A stretch of 64,000 nt of DNA, from positions 892,409-956,408 of the forward strand of contig OZ244883.1 of assembly GCA_965221375.1 (NCBI GenBank), in the 5' to 3' direction. Under the pieces are notes generated by a model that saw nothing but the letters and a program-made list of their open reading frames with translations, did not search any database and was not told the origin of the DNA. Both the position numbers and the translations under genes were made by a program. This stretch comes from an uncultured candidatus Porisulfidus sp. GTDB taxonomy: Bacteria > Pseudomonadota > Gammaproteobacteria > Poriferisulfidales > Poriferisulfidaceae. This document shows positions 1 to 11,052 of the stretch, piece after piece (position 1 is the stretch's first letter; the number at the start of each line of letters is the position of its first letter).

Positions 1-504
1 GCGCAATGGCAGGCGCACGAATCCCGAGTGTCCCAGTTGAGCGACTGGCAGTTGCGTGGGCGTTTCGGCGTGGCATGGCCGGACGGTCAGGTACAAGGCG
101 ACATTGAATGGCACCAACGGGGCACGGCATTTGAGTTATCCATGCGCGGACCCTTTGGCCTCAACGCCCTGCACATCCACGGCGATCTGCGAACCCGGCA
201 CGCGGAGCTCAACAACGGAAGTCAGCGGATTCAGGGTCCACTGGAGACGTTGATGCGCGAGCATATAGGATTCGTGTTGCCGTTGGAGGAACTCATGCAT
301 CTGGTGCGCGGGATTCCCGCACCGGGGCAGCGCGAAGTGACGTTTGATGAACAAGCGCGGGCTGCACGTATCGCGCAAGCAGGCTGGGAGGTGGAGTATC
401 GCAACTACACGTGCTGCGACAAACCGGCATTGCCGGGGCGCGTACGTTTCGCGGGCCCGACCTTGCGCGGCACATTGGCAGTCCGCGAGTGGAAGTACGA
501 ATGA
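1..504 (+). CDS. lolB: Outer-membrane lipoprotein insertase LolB (5'-truncated by window edge)
   Basis: Frame open from base 1; WQLRGRFGV...W.Q...GPFG motifs and GW.VEY C-terminus; stop overlaps ispE start (ATGA); canonical lolB-ispE-tRNA-Gln-prs order. Confidence 0.8.
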   Translation, partial: AQWQAHESRVSQLSDWQLRGRFGVAWPDGQVQGDIEWHQRGTAFELSMRGPFGLNALHIHGDLRTRHAELNNGSQRIQGPLETLMREHIGFVLPLEELMHLVRGIPAPGQREVTFDEQARAARIAQAGWEVEYRNYTCCDKPALPGRVRFAGPTLRGTLAVREWKYE

Positions 505-1334
505 TACGCCTGCATGCTCCGGCGAAGGTGAATTTTTTTCTGCATGTGACGGGCCGGCGCGCCGACGGTTACCATGAGCTGCAAACCTTTTTTCGATTGA
601 TTGACTATTCGGACTGCCTGACCCTTGAGCCGCGAGAGGATAATCGGTTCGAATACGCGGATGACAGCAGCCTGGAGTTTGGAGAGTCCAATTTATGCTT
701 GCGCGCCGCCAAGTTGGCGCACAGCAAATACCCCACAGGGTGTGGTGCGTCAATCTTTTTGAACAAGCGGATTCCGGTAGGAGCCGGCTTGGGAGGCGGC
801 AGTTCGGATGCGGCCGCCGTGCTTCATGGTTTGAACCGGTTGTGGGGTCAGCCGCTGGATTTGGAGACGCTGGCTGAACTGGGACTGGAGTTGGGTGCGG
901 ACGTGCCGTTTTTCGTATATGGGCGCAATGCCTGGGCGGAAGGCATTGGCGAAAAGTTGACCTTTTTGGATTGCCCGCCGGGGGTTGCGCTGGTGTTACC
1001 GACGCCTGCACCGGTGAGTACGGCGCAGGCATACAAGAGTCTGGAATTGACACAATGGGATGCGCCTATCACAATGAACCGTATGGATGCATACTGGGGG
1101 AGTAATGCATTTGAAGGGCTTTTGCGCGAACGGTTGCCGGAAATCGGGGTTCGCCTTGACTGGTTGCGACAACGTTCCCGTGCGGCGCTAAGCGGTTCTG
1201 GAGGATCTGTGTTCGCGTGGTTTGATACCCGGCAGCAAGCGGAAACAGTGTTCCAGGCATGCCCGCCGGAGTGGAATGGCCAGATTGCTACCGGCCTTCA
1301 ATGTTCGCCGTTGTTGGAGCAGAATGCGCAGTAA
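501..1334 (+). CDS. ispE: 4-diphosphocytidyl-2-C-methyl-D-erythritol kinase
   Basis: APAKVNFFLHVTGRRADGYHELQT, GHMP motif PVGAGLGGGSSDAA, LGADVPFF; ATG at 501 overlapping lolB stop. Confidence 0.95.
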   Translation: MIRLHAPAKVNFFLHVTGRRADGYHELQTFFRLIDYSDCLTLEPREDNRFEYADDSSLEFGESNLCLRAAKLAHSKYPTGCGASIFLNKRIPVGAGLGGGSSDAAAVLHGLNRLWGQPLDLETLAELGLELGADVPFFVYGRNAWAEGIGEKLTFLDCPPGVALVLPTPAPVSTAQAYKSLELTQWDAPITMNRMDAYWGSNAFEGLLRERLPEIGVRLDWLRQRSRAALSGSGGSVFAWFDTRQQAETVFQACPPEWNGQIATGLQCSPLLEQNAQ

Positions 1335-1342
1335 GGGGTTGT

Positions 1343-1420
1343 TGGGCCGTCGCCAAGTCAGGTTAAGGCACGGGGTTTTGATCCCCGCATTCGCAGGTTC
1401 GAATCCTGCCGGCCCAGCCA
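1343..1420 (+). tRNA. tRNA-Gln (anticodon TTG)
   Basis: Acceptor stem TGGGCCG/CGGCCCA, anticodon arm CGGGG-TTTTGAT-CCCCG, T-arm GGTTCGAATCC, encoded CCA end; usual position between ispE and prs. Confidence 0.95.
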
Positions 1421-1445
1421 TTTCGAAGACCAGAGAAAATCAATC

Positions 1446-2405
1446 ATGAGCGACCACGATGACATGATGGTGTTCAGCGGCAACGCGAATTTGCCGCTGG
1501 CGCAGAAAATCGTTCAACATCTGAATATCCCCTTGGGCCGCGCCGAAATCGGACGTTTCAGCGACGGGGAAGTCAAGGTGGAGATTTGTGAAAACGTTCG
1601 AGGCAAGGACGTTTTCGTGGTGCAGCCCACCTGCCGCCCGACCAATGAAAATTTGATGGAGTTGGCCATCATCGTAGACGCCTTGCGCCGTTCCTCGGCG
1701 ATGCGCATTACGGTGGCCATTCCGTACTTCGGCTATTCCCGTCAGGACCGGCGTGCCCGCTCGGGCCGAGTGCCGGTTTCCGCCAAGCTGGTGGCCAACA
1801 TCATTACCGCCTCCGGCGTCGACCGCGTACTGACCATTGATCTGCACGCCGACCAGGAACAGGGTTTCTTTGATATTCCGGTGGACAACATTTATGCCTC
1901 ACCGGTCCTGATCAGCGATGTATGGCATCAGGGAGCGGAAAATATTTTGACGGTGTCTCCGGACATCGGCGGAGTGGTGCGCGCCCGCGCATTCGCCAAA
2001 CATTTCGACAGTGATCTCGCCATCATCGACAAGCGGCGCCCGCGGGCCAATGAAGCCGAGATTATGAATGTGATCGGCAAAGGCAAAGTGAAAGGGATGA
2101 CGTGCATCATGGTGGACGATATGGTGGATACCGCAGGGACCTTGTGCCAGGCGGCAGGAGCTCTGAAAACTCACGGCGCGACTCGAGTGCTGGCCTATGT
2201 GACTCACCCGGTACTGTCCGGACGTGCGATTGAAAATTTGGCGCAGTCGCAATTGGACGAACTGGTCGTCACGGATACCATTCCCCTGGATAAAGAAGCT
2301 CAGCAGTGTGATCGCATTCGAGTGTTGAGTGTGTCCGAACTGTTAGCGGAATCCATTGCCCGCATTCATCGCAACGAATCCATCAGCAGCCTGTTTATCG
2401 AATAA
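1446..2405 (+). CDS. prs: Ribose-phosphate pyrophosphokinase
   Basis: [31 protein letters not shown]-binding [10 protein letters not shown]. Confidence 0.97.
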   Translation: MSDHDDMMVFSGNANLPLAQKIVQHLNIPLGRAEIGRFSDGEVKVEICENVRGKDVFVVQPTCRPTNENLMELAIIVDALRRSSAMRITVAIPYFGYSRQDRRARSGRVPVSAKLVANIITASGVDRVLTIDLHADQEQGFFDIPVDNIYASPVLISDVWHQGAENILTVSPDIGGVVRARAFAKHFDSDLAIIDKRRPRANEAEIMNVIGKGKVKGMTCIMVDDMVDTAGTLCQAAGALKTHGATRVLAYVTHPVLSGRAIENLAQSQLDELVVTDTIPLDKEAQQCDRIRVLSVSELLAESIARIHRNESISSLFIE

Positions 2406-2433
2406 GCGGCATTGGGCACTTGGCAGGTGATCC

Positions 2434-3297
2434 ATGTCCGCCTCGACACTTGAAATCTATTACGGGGACAATCTCCCCATATTGGCGGGCTTGCCGGACG
2501 AATCTTTTGATCTGATCTATATCGATCCTCCTTTCAATACGGGGAGAAAACAGTCGCGTACTCAACTCAAAACCGTACGCGATAAGACCGGAGATCGGCA
2601 GGGTTTTCAGGGGCAACCGTATCGTTCCACGCGCATGGGCACCCAGGCTTTTGAAGATGTGTTTGACGATTACTTGAATTTTTTGGAACCGCGCCTGCGT
2701 GAAGCGTACCGGTTACTGAAAGCGAATGGGTCATTTTTTCTGCATCTTGATTATCGCGAAGTGCATTACTGCAAGGTTTTGCTGGATAAAATTTTTGGGC
2801 GCACCTCATTTATGAACGAAATTATTTGGGTCTACGATTACGGGGCACGCTCGACCAAGAGATGGTCACCGAAGCACGACAATATCCTGTGGTATGCGAA
2901 AGATCCAAAGCATTACACATACTGCTATTCTGAAGTCCCGCGCATTCCGTATATGGCGCCCGGCCTGGTGACGCCGGAGAAAAGAAAACGAGGAAAAACG
3001 GTCACGGATACCTGGTGGCATACGATCGTCAGCCCCACGGGTAAGGAAAAAACCGGCTACCCGACGCAGAAACCGCTGGGGGTTATGGATCGAATCATTC
3101 GTGTGCATTCGAAACCGGGCGATCAGGTGCTGGATTTTTTTGCCGGATCCGGCACAACGGGAGAGGCTGCGTTGCAACTCGACCGCCGAGCAGTTTTGAT
3201 TGACAGCAATGTGGCCGCCATGCGGGTTATGGCCAAGCGTTTGAAGGCGTTTAATCCAGAATGGCACGGTTGGGGTCCGAGTAAAACGAAAAAATAA
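2434..3297 (+). CDS. Site-specific N6A/N4C DNA methyltransferase, beta class (N6_N4_Mtase family), orphan
   Basis: Catalytic DLIYIDPPF N-terminal, YPTQKP and SAM-binding DFFAGSGTT C-terminal (beta order); no adjacent endonuclease. Confidence 0.9.
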   Translation: MSASTLEIYYGDNLPILAGLPDESFDLIYIDPPFNTGRKQSRTQLKTVRDKTGDRQGFQGQPYRSTRMGTQAFEDVFDDYLNFLEPRLREAYRLLKANGSFFLHLDYREVHYCKVLLDKIFGRTSFMNEIIWVYDYGARSTKRWSPKHDNILWYAKDPKHYTYCYSEVPRIPYMAPGLVTPEKRKRGKTVTDTWWHTIVSPTGKEKTGYPTQKPLGVMDRIIRVHSKPGDQVLDFFAGSGTTGEAALQLDRRAVLIDSNVAAMRVMAKRLKAFNPEWHGWGPSKTKK

Positions 3298-3459
3298 GTG
3301 TTGGCAATAAAACCAAATAAATCATAAGCATGTAAAGCTTTATGGGGACAGAGAAAAATTAATTTTCTTGAAATTCAAATATAAGATTGTTTGAGCCGAC
3401 TGGTGGCGTAGAATAAAAAATCACAGGTTTACAAGAGATCGTTATTGCGCGGAACGAAC

Positions 3460-4377
3460 ATGCAAACCGTATTCCCGGCGGTGCATCAGCGCCCAGCAAT
3501 TCCGACCCCCGGCACAATCGATGTGTCACCGATTCCGGCGGTAAACGTGGCATGTGTTCCTCAGCTCAGCCCGCTTCGTTATCCGGGGGGCAAAACATGG
3601 CTTATTCCCCATATCAGATCTTGGCTTAATCAGATCGCGACCAAGCCGCGATTGCTCATCGAACCCTTCGTCGGCGGTGGAATAGTTTCGCTGACCGCAG
3701 TGATGGAAGACCTGGTCGATCGTTGCTTAATGATTGAGATCGATCGAGATGTGGCGGCTTTTTGGCACGCGGCGCTTCAACATGGGCCTGATCTGTGTCA
3801 GAAAATACTGCAGTTTGTACCAACGCATGCCCAGGTTGATGCGATCTCTAGGAGCGAATTGAATCATGTAGTTGAACATGGATTTCGAACGTTAGTGCTG
3901 AACCGGACAAGACGCGGCGGCATACTGGCCCCTGGGGCATCATTTGCAAAAGCAGGTGAGAACGGCAAAGGAATCGCTTCCAGGTGGTACCCGACAACAC
4001 TTGTAGGACGAATTCAAGAAATTGTGCGGTACTCCGACCGTATTGCCTTTCTTGAAGGAGACGGAGCCCAATTCCTGGCTACGTCTCTTTCCAGTGATTC
4101 CACAGATGTGGCTGTCTTTATTGATCCGCCGTACACCGCTGCCGGGAAGAAGGCCGGCAAACGCTTGTATGCGCACAATGCGATTGATCATCAGCATATA
4201 TTTGAATTACTTGCTGACAGTTCGGTTGATTTCCTAATGACTTACGATCAGTCTCCGGAAATTATTGAACTTATCGACATGCATGGCTTTAGCGCGGTCC
4301 AGGTGGTCATGAAAACAACGCACCATGCTCGTATACCGGAACTTGTAATCACCCGTCATCCAGTATTTCAAGCATGA
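3460..4377 (+). CDS. Dam/D12-class DNA adenine methyltransferase (alpha class), orphan
   Basis: SPLRYPGGKTW, EPFVGGG, EID and DPPY motifs in alpha order; ATG at 3460 chosen over TTG at 3445. Confidence 0.87.
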   Translation: MQTVFPAVHQRPAIPTPGTIDVSPIPAVNVACVPQLSPLRYPGGKTWLIPHIRSWLNQIATKPRLLIEPFVGGGIVSLTAVMEDLVDRCLMIEIDRDVAAFWHAALQHGPDLCQKILQFVPTHAQVDAISRSELNHVVEHGFRTLVLNRTRRGGILAPGASFAKAGENGKGIASRWYPTTLVGRIQEIVRYSDRIAFLEGDGAQFLATSLSSDSTDVAVFIDPPYTAAGKKAGKRLYAHNAIDHQHIFELLADSSVDFLMTYDQSPEIIELIDMHGFSAVQVVMKTTHHARIPELVITRHPVFQA

Positions 4378-4622
4378 CCATTCGGTATGGCATTGCCGAG
4401 TGGTATGGCTTGCCGTTTTCAATTTAAGGATGTAATTGCTTGCCTATACCTTGCGCATGTGCGCTTGGGAAAGAGTCAAAAATTAGTTACAATTAACCGC
4501 ATAGCACGCATGTGCGACGCCGGTTTCATAACGCGCTGGCGACCGCCATGAAATGCGGGTGTTTTTGGCATTGGAGATAGGGGTTTTTCTCCGATGCAGG
4601 TTATCTTTACTTTGCTTTTTTG

Positions 4623-4631
4623 TGCTATAAT
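4623..4631 (+). promoter_or_regulatory. Extended -10 sigma70 promoter (TGcTATAAT) for the str/ribosomal cluster
   Basis: Perfect TGn-TATAAT ~90 nt upstream of rpsL; no good -35 at 17-nt spacing. Confidence 0.6.
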
Positions 4632-4719
4632 TGCAAGTCGAATTCGACGGGTCAGCCCCCAAGCCCGGGTGCTGGCCTGTTTTACATTTATAGATGGATA
4701 TTGATGCGGCCCTGAGACA

Positions 4720-5100
4720 ATGGCAACAATCAATCAATTGGTGCGCAAGCCGCGCAAGCGCCCAGTTAGTAAAAGCAATGTGCCGGCACTCATGCGTTGC
4801 CCTCAACGACGCGGGGTTTGTACGCGCGTCTATACCACTACTCCTAAAAAGCCCAATTCCGCACTGCGCAAAGTAGCGCGCGTGCGTTTGACGAACGGTT
4901 TCGAAGTCACCAGCTATATCGGTGGCGAAGGCCACAATCTCCAAGAACATTCGGTCGTTCTCATTCGTGGAGGACGAGTCAAGGATTTGCCCGGTGTCCG
5001 CTATCACACCGTGCGAGGCAGCCTTGATACGCATGGAGTAGCGGATCGCAGACAAGCACGTTCCAAATACGGGGCCAAGCGGCCTAAAGCCAGCGGTTAA
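4720..5100 (+). CDS. rpsL: 30S ribosomal protein uS12
   Basis: [39 protein letters not shown]. Confidence 0.99.
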   Translation: MATINQLVRKPRKRPVSKSNVPALMRCPQRRGVCTRVYTTTPKKPNSALRKVARVRLTNGFEVTSYIGGEGHNLQEHSVVLIRGGRVKDLPGVRYHTVRGSLDTHGVADRRQARSKYGAKRPKASG

Positions 5101-5126
5101 ACCGCCCAACTCCAGGAGTTCCAGCG

Positions 5127-5597
5127 ATGCCTCGCCGCCGCGACGTTCCCGAGCGACCGCCGGAACCCGATCCTAAATACGGCAAGGTTCAGCTGAGCCG
5201 TTTCATCAACGCGCTGATGCGTGACGGCAAGAAATCCGTGGCCGAGCGCATCTTGTATGACGCGTTGGACCGCATTGCCAGTGTGCGCGGTGGCGAGCCG
5301 ACAGCTGTGTTGGAGCAGGCTTTAGAGAACGTGCGCCCCCCGGTGGAAGTCAAATCACGTCGGGTGGGTGGGGCGACCTACCAAGTACCGGTTGAAGTAC
5401 GTCCGCAGCGTCAGGAAGCGCTGGCGATTCGCTGGATTATCGAGTCGGCGCGCAAGCGTTCGGAGACTTCCATGAAGCGGCGCCTGGCTGGAGAGTTGAT
5501 GGATGCGGCCGACCGCAAGGGCATCGCCATCAAAAAACGTGAAGACACGCTGAGCATGGCCGAATCCAATCGGGCCTTCTCGCATTACCGCTGGTAA
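5127..5597 (+). CDS. rpsG: 30S ribosomal protein uS7
   Basis: [30 protein letters not shown]. Confidence 0.99.
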   Translation: MPRRRDVPERPPEPDPKYGKVQLSRFINALMRDGKKSVAERILYDALDRIASVRGGEPTAVLEQALENVRPPVEVKSRRVGGATYQVPVEVRPQRQEALAIRWIIESARKRSETSMKRRLAGELMDAADRKGIAIKKREDTLSMAESNRAFSHYRW

Positions 5598-5603
5598 CTT
5601 GTG

Positions 5604-7700
5604 ATGACCCGCGAAACACCGCTCGACCTCTATCGCAATATCGGCATCATGGCCCATATTGACGCGGGTAAGACCACCACCACCGAGCGCATTCTGTTCT
5701 ATACCGGCATCTCGCACAAGATTGGTGAGGTGCATGACGGGGCGGCCGTCATGGATTGGATGGAGCAGGAGCAGGAGCGCGGAATCACTATCACTTCAGC
5801 GGCGACGACATGCTTTTGGAGCGGCATGGCGCGCCATCTGAAAACGCACCGCATCAACATTATCGACACCCCGGGACACGTAGATTTCACGATCGAAGTG
5901 GAGCGTTCTTTGCGCGTACTGGATGGCGCCTGCGCGGTCTTCTGCGCCGTTGGCGGTGTCGAGCCGCAATCCGAAACGGTTTGGCGCCAGGCCAATCGCT
6001 ATGAAGTGCCGCGGCTGGCATTCGTCAACAAAATGGACCGTGCCGGTGCGGATTTCTTCCGCGTCGTCGAGCAGATTCGCGAACGTCTGCAGGCGGTGCC
6101 GGTGCCGGTGCAAATCCCGATCGGAGCTGCGGATACATTCAAGGGAGTTGTCGATCTCATTGATCAGAAAGCGATTTTTTGGAACGAAGACGACATGGGC
6201 GCCACGTTTGAAGCCCGAGAGGTTCCGGAGGAACTCCAGGAACTCACTGCGCAATGGCGTGACCAGATGATTGAAATGGCCGCAGAAGCCAATGACGAGT
6301 TGATGGAAAAGTATTTGGACTCCGGTGAATTGACTCCCGATGAGATCCGCGCCGGATTACGCGGCCGCACACTGGCCAGTGAAATCGTGCCGGTGCTGTG
6401 TGGTTCCGCATTCAAGAACAAAGGCGTCCAGGCCATGTTGGATGCGGTCGTGCACTACCTGCCGTCGCCTCTGGATGTGCCGGCGATTAAAGGGGAATTG
6501 GAGAATGGTTCGGAAGGGCTGCGGCGCGCGGATGATGAGGAGCCTTTTGCGGCGCTGGCGTTTAAAGTTGCAACGGACCCGTTTGTAGGGACGCTGACTT
6601 TCTTCCGGATGTATTCGGGCGTCTTGAACTCGGGCTCGCCCGCTTTGAATCCGGGCAAGTCCAACAAGGAGCGCATTGGCCGTATTCTGCAGATGCATTC
6701 CAATCGCCGCGAGGAAATCAAGGAAGTGCGTGCCGGTGATATCGCGGCGGCAGTCGGTTTGAAGAACGTGGCGACTGGCGACACCTTGTGTGCCGTCAAT
6801 GACGTGATTACTTTGGAGCGTATGAGTTTTCCGGAGCCGGTCATTTCCGTGGCCGTCGAGCCGAAAACCAAGGCCGACCAGGAGAAAATGGGAGTCGCTT
6901 TGCAGAAGTTGGCGCAGGAAGATCCGTCGTTTCGCGTCTCCTCGGACGAGGAGTCGGGACAGACCATTATTTCGGGCATGGGCGAGTTGCACCTGGAAAT
7001 CATTGTCGATCGACTACGTCGCGAATTCAGTGTCGAGGCGAATGTGGGCGCACCCCAGGTTAGTTATCGGGAAACCATCCGCAAGCCGGTCGAGCAGGAA
7101 GGGCGTTTCGTACGGCAAACCGGTGGGCGCGGGCAATATGGCCACGTGTGGCTACGCATTGAGCCTCAGGATCCGGGGTCCGGCTACATTTTTGAAAGCA
7201 AAATTGTGGGGGGCGCGGTCCCCAAGGAATACATTCCGGCAGTGGGCAAAGGAGTGGCCGAACAGATGCAAAATGGCGTTATTGCCGGTTATCCGGTGGT
7301 GGACGTGCGTGTCACCCTCTATGACGGCTCGTTTCATGAAGTGGACTCTTCGGAAACCGCTTTCAAAATTGCCGGTTCGATGGCTTTTCGGGATGGTGCA
7401 CAAAATGCCAGCCCGGTGTTACTGGAGCCAATCATGAAAGTTGAAGTGGTGACCCCGGAAGATTACATGGGCGATGTGGTGGGAGACATCAATCGCCGTC
7501 GGGGCATCGTCGGCGGGATGGAAGATTCGCCTGGCGGCAAGATCATACGGGCGGAAGTGCCGCTCAAGGAAATGTTTGGGTACGCCACCGACCTGCGTTC
7601 TGCAACACAGGGGCGGGCGACCTATTCGATGGAATTTAACAAATACGCGGAAGTCCCGGGCAATATTGCCGAAACGGTGGTTTCCCGCAGCCAACACTAG
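5604..7700 (+). CDS. fusA: Elongation factor G
   Basis: [39 protein letters not shown]. Confidence 0.99.
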   Translation: MTRETPLDLYRNIGIMAHIDAGKTTTTERILFYTGISHKIGEVHDGAAVMDWMEQEQERGITITSAATTCFWSGMARHLKTHRINIIDTPGHVDFTIEVERSLRVLDGACAVFCAVGGVEPQSETVWRQANRYEVPRLAFVNKMDRAGADFFRVVEQIRERLQAVPVPVQIPIGAADTFKGVVDLIDQKAIFWNEDDMGATFEAREVPEELQELTAQWRDQMIEMAAEANDELMEKYLDSGELTPDEIRAGLRGRTLASEIVPVLCGSAFKNKGVQAMLDAVVHYLPSPLDVPAIKGELENGSEGLRRADDEEPFAALAFKVATDPFVGTLTFFRMYSGVLNSGSPALNPGKSNKERIGRILQMHSNRREEIKEVRAGDIAAAVGLKNVATGDTLCAVNDVITLERMSFPEPVISVAVEPKTKADQEKMGVALQKLAQEDPSFRVSSDEESGQTIISGMGELHLEIIVDRLRREFSVEANVGAPQVSYRETIRKPVEQEGRFVRQTGGRGQYGHVWLRIEPQDPGSGYIFESKIVGGAVPKEYIPAVGKGVAEQMQNGVIAGYPVVDVRVTLYDGSFHEVDSSETAFKIAGSMAFRDGAQNASPVLLEPIMKVEVVTPEDYMGDVVGDINRRRGIVGGMEDSPGGKIIRAEVPLKEMFGYATDLRSATQGRATYSMEFNKYAEVPGNIAETVVSRSQH

Positions 7701-7716
7701 TTCGGAGGACCCGATC

Positions 7717-8907
<1,191 letters not shown>

Positions 8908-8935
8908 AACCGCATAACGTTACCGGATAGAGATC

Positions 8936-9322
8936 ATGGCCGCTGCAAAAGGAACTCCCGAGCGTAAAGCCGCCGCCAAAAAAGCGGCAAGCGCGAAGAG
9001 TGCATCGGGCCAAGCCAAAGCCTATAGCAGTTTGCGTTTGCGGCTGAAGGCATTTGATCATCGTCTGGTCGATCAGTCGGCTCGTGAAATCGTGGAAACG
9101 GCTCGCCGCACGGGGGCCAAAGTACATGGGCCGATTCCGTTACCGACACGCAAAGAGTTGTATACGGTACTGATTTCCCCGCATGTCGACAAGGATGCCC
9201 GTGATCAGTATGAGGTACGTACGCACAAGCGGGTAATCGATATCGTCAACCCGTCCGAAAAAACCGTCGATGCGCTGATGAAGCTGGATTTGCCGGCCGG
9301 CATCAGTGTGCAGCTGAAATAG
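8936..9322 (+). CDS. rpsJ: 30S ribosomal protein uS10 (NusE) with ~27-aa Ala/Lys-rich N-terminal extension
   Basis: [32 protein letters not shown]. Confidence 0.97.
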   Translation: MAAAKGTPERKAAAKKAASAKSASGQAKAYSSLRLRLKAFDHRLVDQSAREIVETARRTGAKVHGPIPLPTRKELYTVLISPHVDKDARDQYEVRTHKRVIDIVNPSEKTVDALMKLDLPAGISVQLK

Positions 9323-9332
9323 GTCCTCTCCC

Positions 9333-9962
9333 ATGAGTCTCGGAATCATTGGCACGAAGTTGGGCATGACGCGCGTGTTTCGAGACACGGGGGAATCAGT
9401 CCCGGTGACTTTGGTGGCCGTAGATGCAAACCGCGTCGTGAAAATCAAAACGCCAGAGACGGACGGCTATACAGCTGTGCAGGTGGCTTTTGGCTCGCGT
9501 CCTGCAAAGCGGATGCCGAAGGCATTGCTGGGTCAAGTCAAAAAAGCGGGCCTGGAGACGGTTCGCGGCCTTATGGAATTTCGTATGGAAGCCGAGGCCG
9601 AGATGCCGGAAGTGTCTTCCGAAGTGAAAGCGGATGTGTTCGAAGCGGGTCAGAAAGTCAATGTCAGCGGCACGACGATCGGTAAGGGATTTGCGGGCAC
9701 GATCAAACGCTACAACTTCCGAGGCCAGGATCGCTCGCACGGCAACTCTCTCTCGCATCGGGTGATGGGGGCAACTGGACAATGCCAGTTTCCCGGCCGA
9801 GTCTTCAAGGGCAAAAAAATGCCGGGCCGCATGGGCGGTAAACGGGCCACCCAGCGCAACCTTGAGATTGTCCAGGTCGATGCCGAGCAGCAACTGATTT
9901 GGATTCGCGGATCCATTCCCGGGGCGACGGGCGGCCGAGTCGTTGTGCAGCCGGTGCAGTAA
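9333..9962 (+). CDS. rplC: 50S ribosomal protein uL3
   Basis: GTKLGMT, DGYTAVQ, GKGFAG, GKKMPGRMG. Confidence 0.98.
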   Translation: MSLGIIGTKLGMTRVFRDTGESVPVTLVAVDANRVVKIKTPETDGYTAVQVAFGSRPAKRMPKALLGQVKKAGLETVRGLMEFRMEAEAEMPEVSSEVKADVFEAGQKVNVSGTTIGKGFAGTIKRYNFRGQDRSHGNSLSHRVMGATGQCQFPGRVFKGKKMPGRMGGKRATQRNLEIVQVDAEQQLIWIRGSIPGATGGRVVVQPVQ

Positions 9963-9973
9963 GGGATCGAGCC

Positions 9974-10591
9974 ATGCAAATCGAAGTGCGCGACACCAAA
10001 GCCACCATGACCGTGGCGGACGAATGCTTTGATGCGACGTATCGTGAGGCGCTGGTTCATCAAGTGGTGGTGACGTATGCGCAACGAGGTCGGCAAGGCG
10101 ATGCCGCACAGAAAAATCGCGCGGCAGTTCGCGGCGGCGGCGCCAAACCGTGGCGTCAGAAAGGCACCGGTCGAGCTCGAGCCGGTTCCATCCGCTCGCC
10201 TTTGTGGCGAGGGGGCGGGGTGACTCATCCTTCCAGCAAGCGCATCTATAACCCGAAACTGAACAAAAAAATGTATCGGCAGGCCATGCGCTCAATTTTT
10301 TCCGAATTGTTGCGCCAGGGACGTCTGCATGTCATCGAGGAATTCACGCTGACCGAGCCGAAGACGCGGATCGCGCATGAAAAATTAGCGCAATTGGGAT
10401 TGAAAAGCGCGCTGATTCTGGTCGACAAAATGGATGAGAATGTATTTTTGGCGATACGCAACATGCCGCATTTCGATGCGTGTGAGGCGACCGCCGCCGA
10501 TCCGGTCAACCTGTTGCGCTACGAACAGGTGGTGGCGACTCGGGCGGCTCTGAATCAGATCGAAGCACGTTTGGGAGGGGAAGCATCATGA
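9974..10591 (+). CDS. rplD: 50S ribosomal protein uL4
   Basis: GGGAKPWRQKGTGRARAGSIRSPLWRGGG; ATG at 9974. Confidence 0.98.
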   Translation: MQIEVRDTKATMTVADECFDATYREALVHQVVVTYAQRGRQGDAAQKNRAAVRGGGAKPWRQKGTGRARAGSIRSPLWRGGGVTHPSSKRIYNPKLNKKMYRQAMRSIFSELLRQGRLHVIEEFTLTEPKTRIAHEKLAQLGLKSALILVDKMDENVFLAIRNMPHFDACEATAADPVNLLRYEQVVATRAALNQIEARLGGEAS

Positions 10592-11052
10592 GTTTGCTGG
10601 GCAAGCTCAAGGGCTTGGTTTCTTCCAAATCGAAGCCGGAAGAGAAAAAGCCTGAGGCTCCCAAACCGGCGGCCAAACAGGCGGAACAACCAACCCCTGC
10701 CGCTCCTAAAGCTGCGGAGAAGCCGGTTGCGGCGAAGCCTCCGAAAGCGGCAGTCAAAGAGGTCACGTATTCCGAAGAACGTTTAGCGCAAATTGTGCAG
10801 ATGCCGCATGTGTCGGAGAAATCTGTGCAGCAGGCGCAGAATCAGCAGCACACATTTGTCGTATTGAGAGATGCGACCCGCGGGGAAGTCAAAGCGGCGG
10901 TGGAGCTGATGTTCGAAGTTGAGGTCGAAGAGGTGCGCATGGCCAATGTGCGCGGCAAGCAGGTACGCAACGGCACGCGCTCCAATTGGCGCAAGGCGAT
11001 GGTGCGTCTCGCTCCGGGACAGAACCTTGACACAGGCGAGGTGGGCGCATGA
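10588..11052 (+). CDS. rplW: 50S ribosomal protein uL23 with 59-aa N-terminal extension
   Basis: Core [25 protein letters not shown]; start overlaps rplD stop (ATGA) after SD GGGAGGGG. Confidence 0.96.
   Translation: MSLLGKLKGLVSSKSKPEEKKPEAPKPAAKQAEQPTPAAPKAAEKPVAAKPPKAAVKEVTYSEERLAQIVQMPHVSEKSVQQAQNQQHTFVVLRDATRGEVKAAVELMFEVEVEEVRMANVRGKQVRNGTRSNWRKAMVRLAPGQNLDTGEVGA

Noticed and set aside
1343-1420. tRNA-Gln as an integration site for the MTase pair
   Set aside because: prs lies between them; no duplicated tRNA 3' end and no integrase seen
4384-4415. Imperfect direct repeat GGTATGGCATTGCCG / GGTATGGCTTGCCG after the second MTase
   Set aside because: Only two short copies, with no matching repeat at the other side of the MTase pair to mark a target-site duplication
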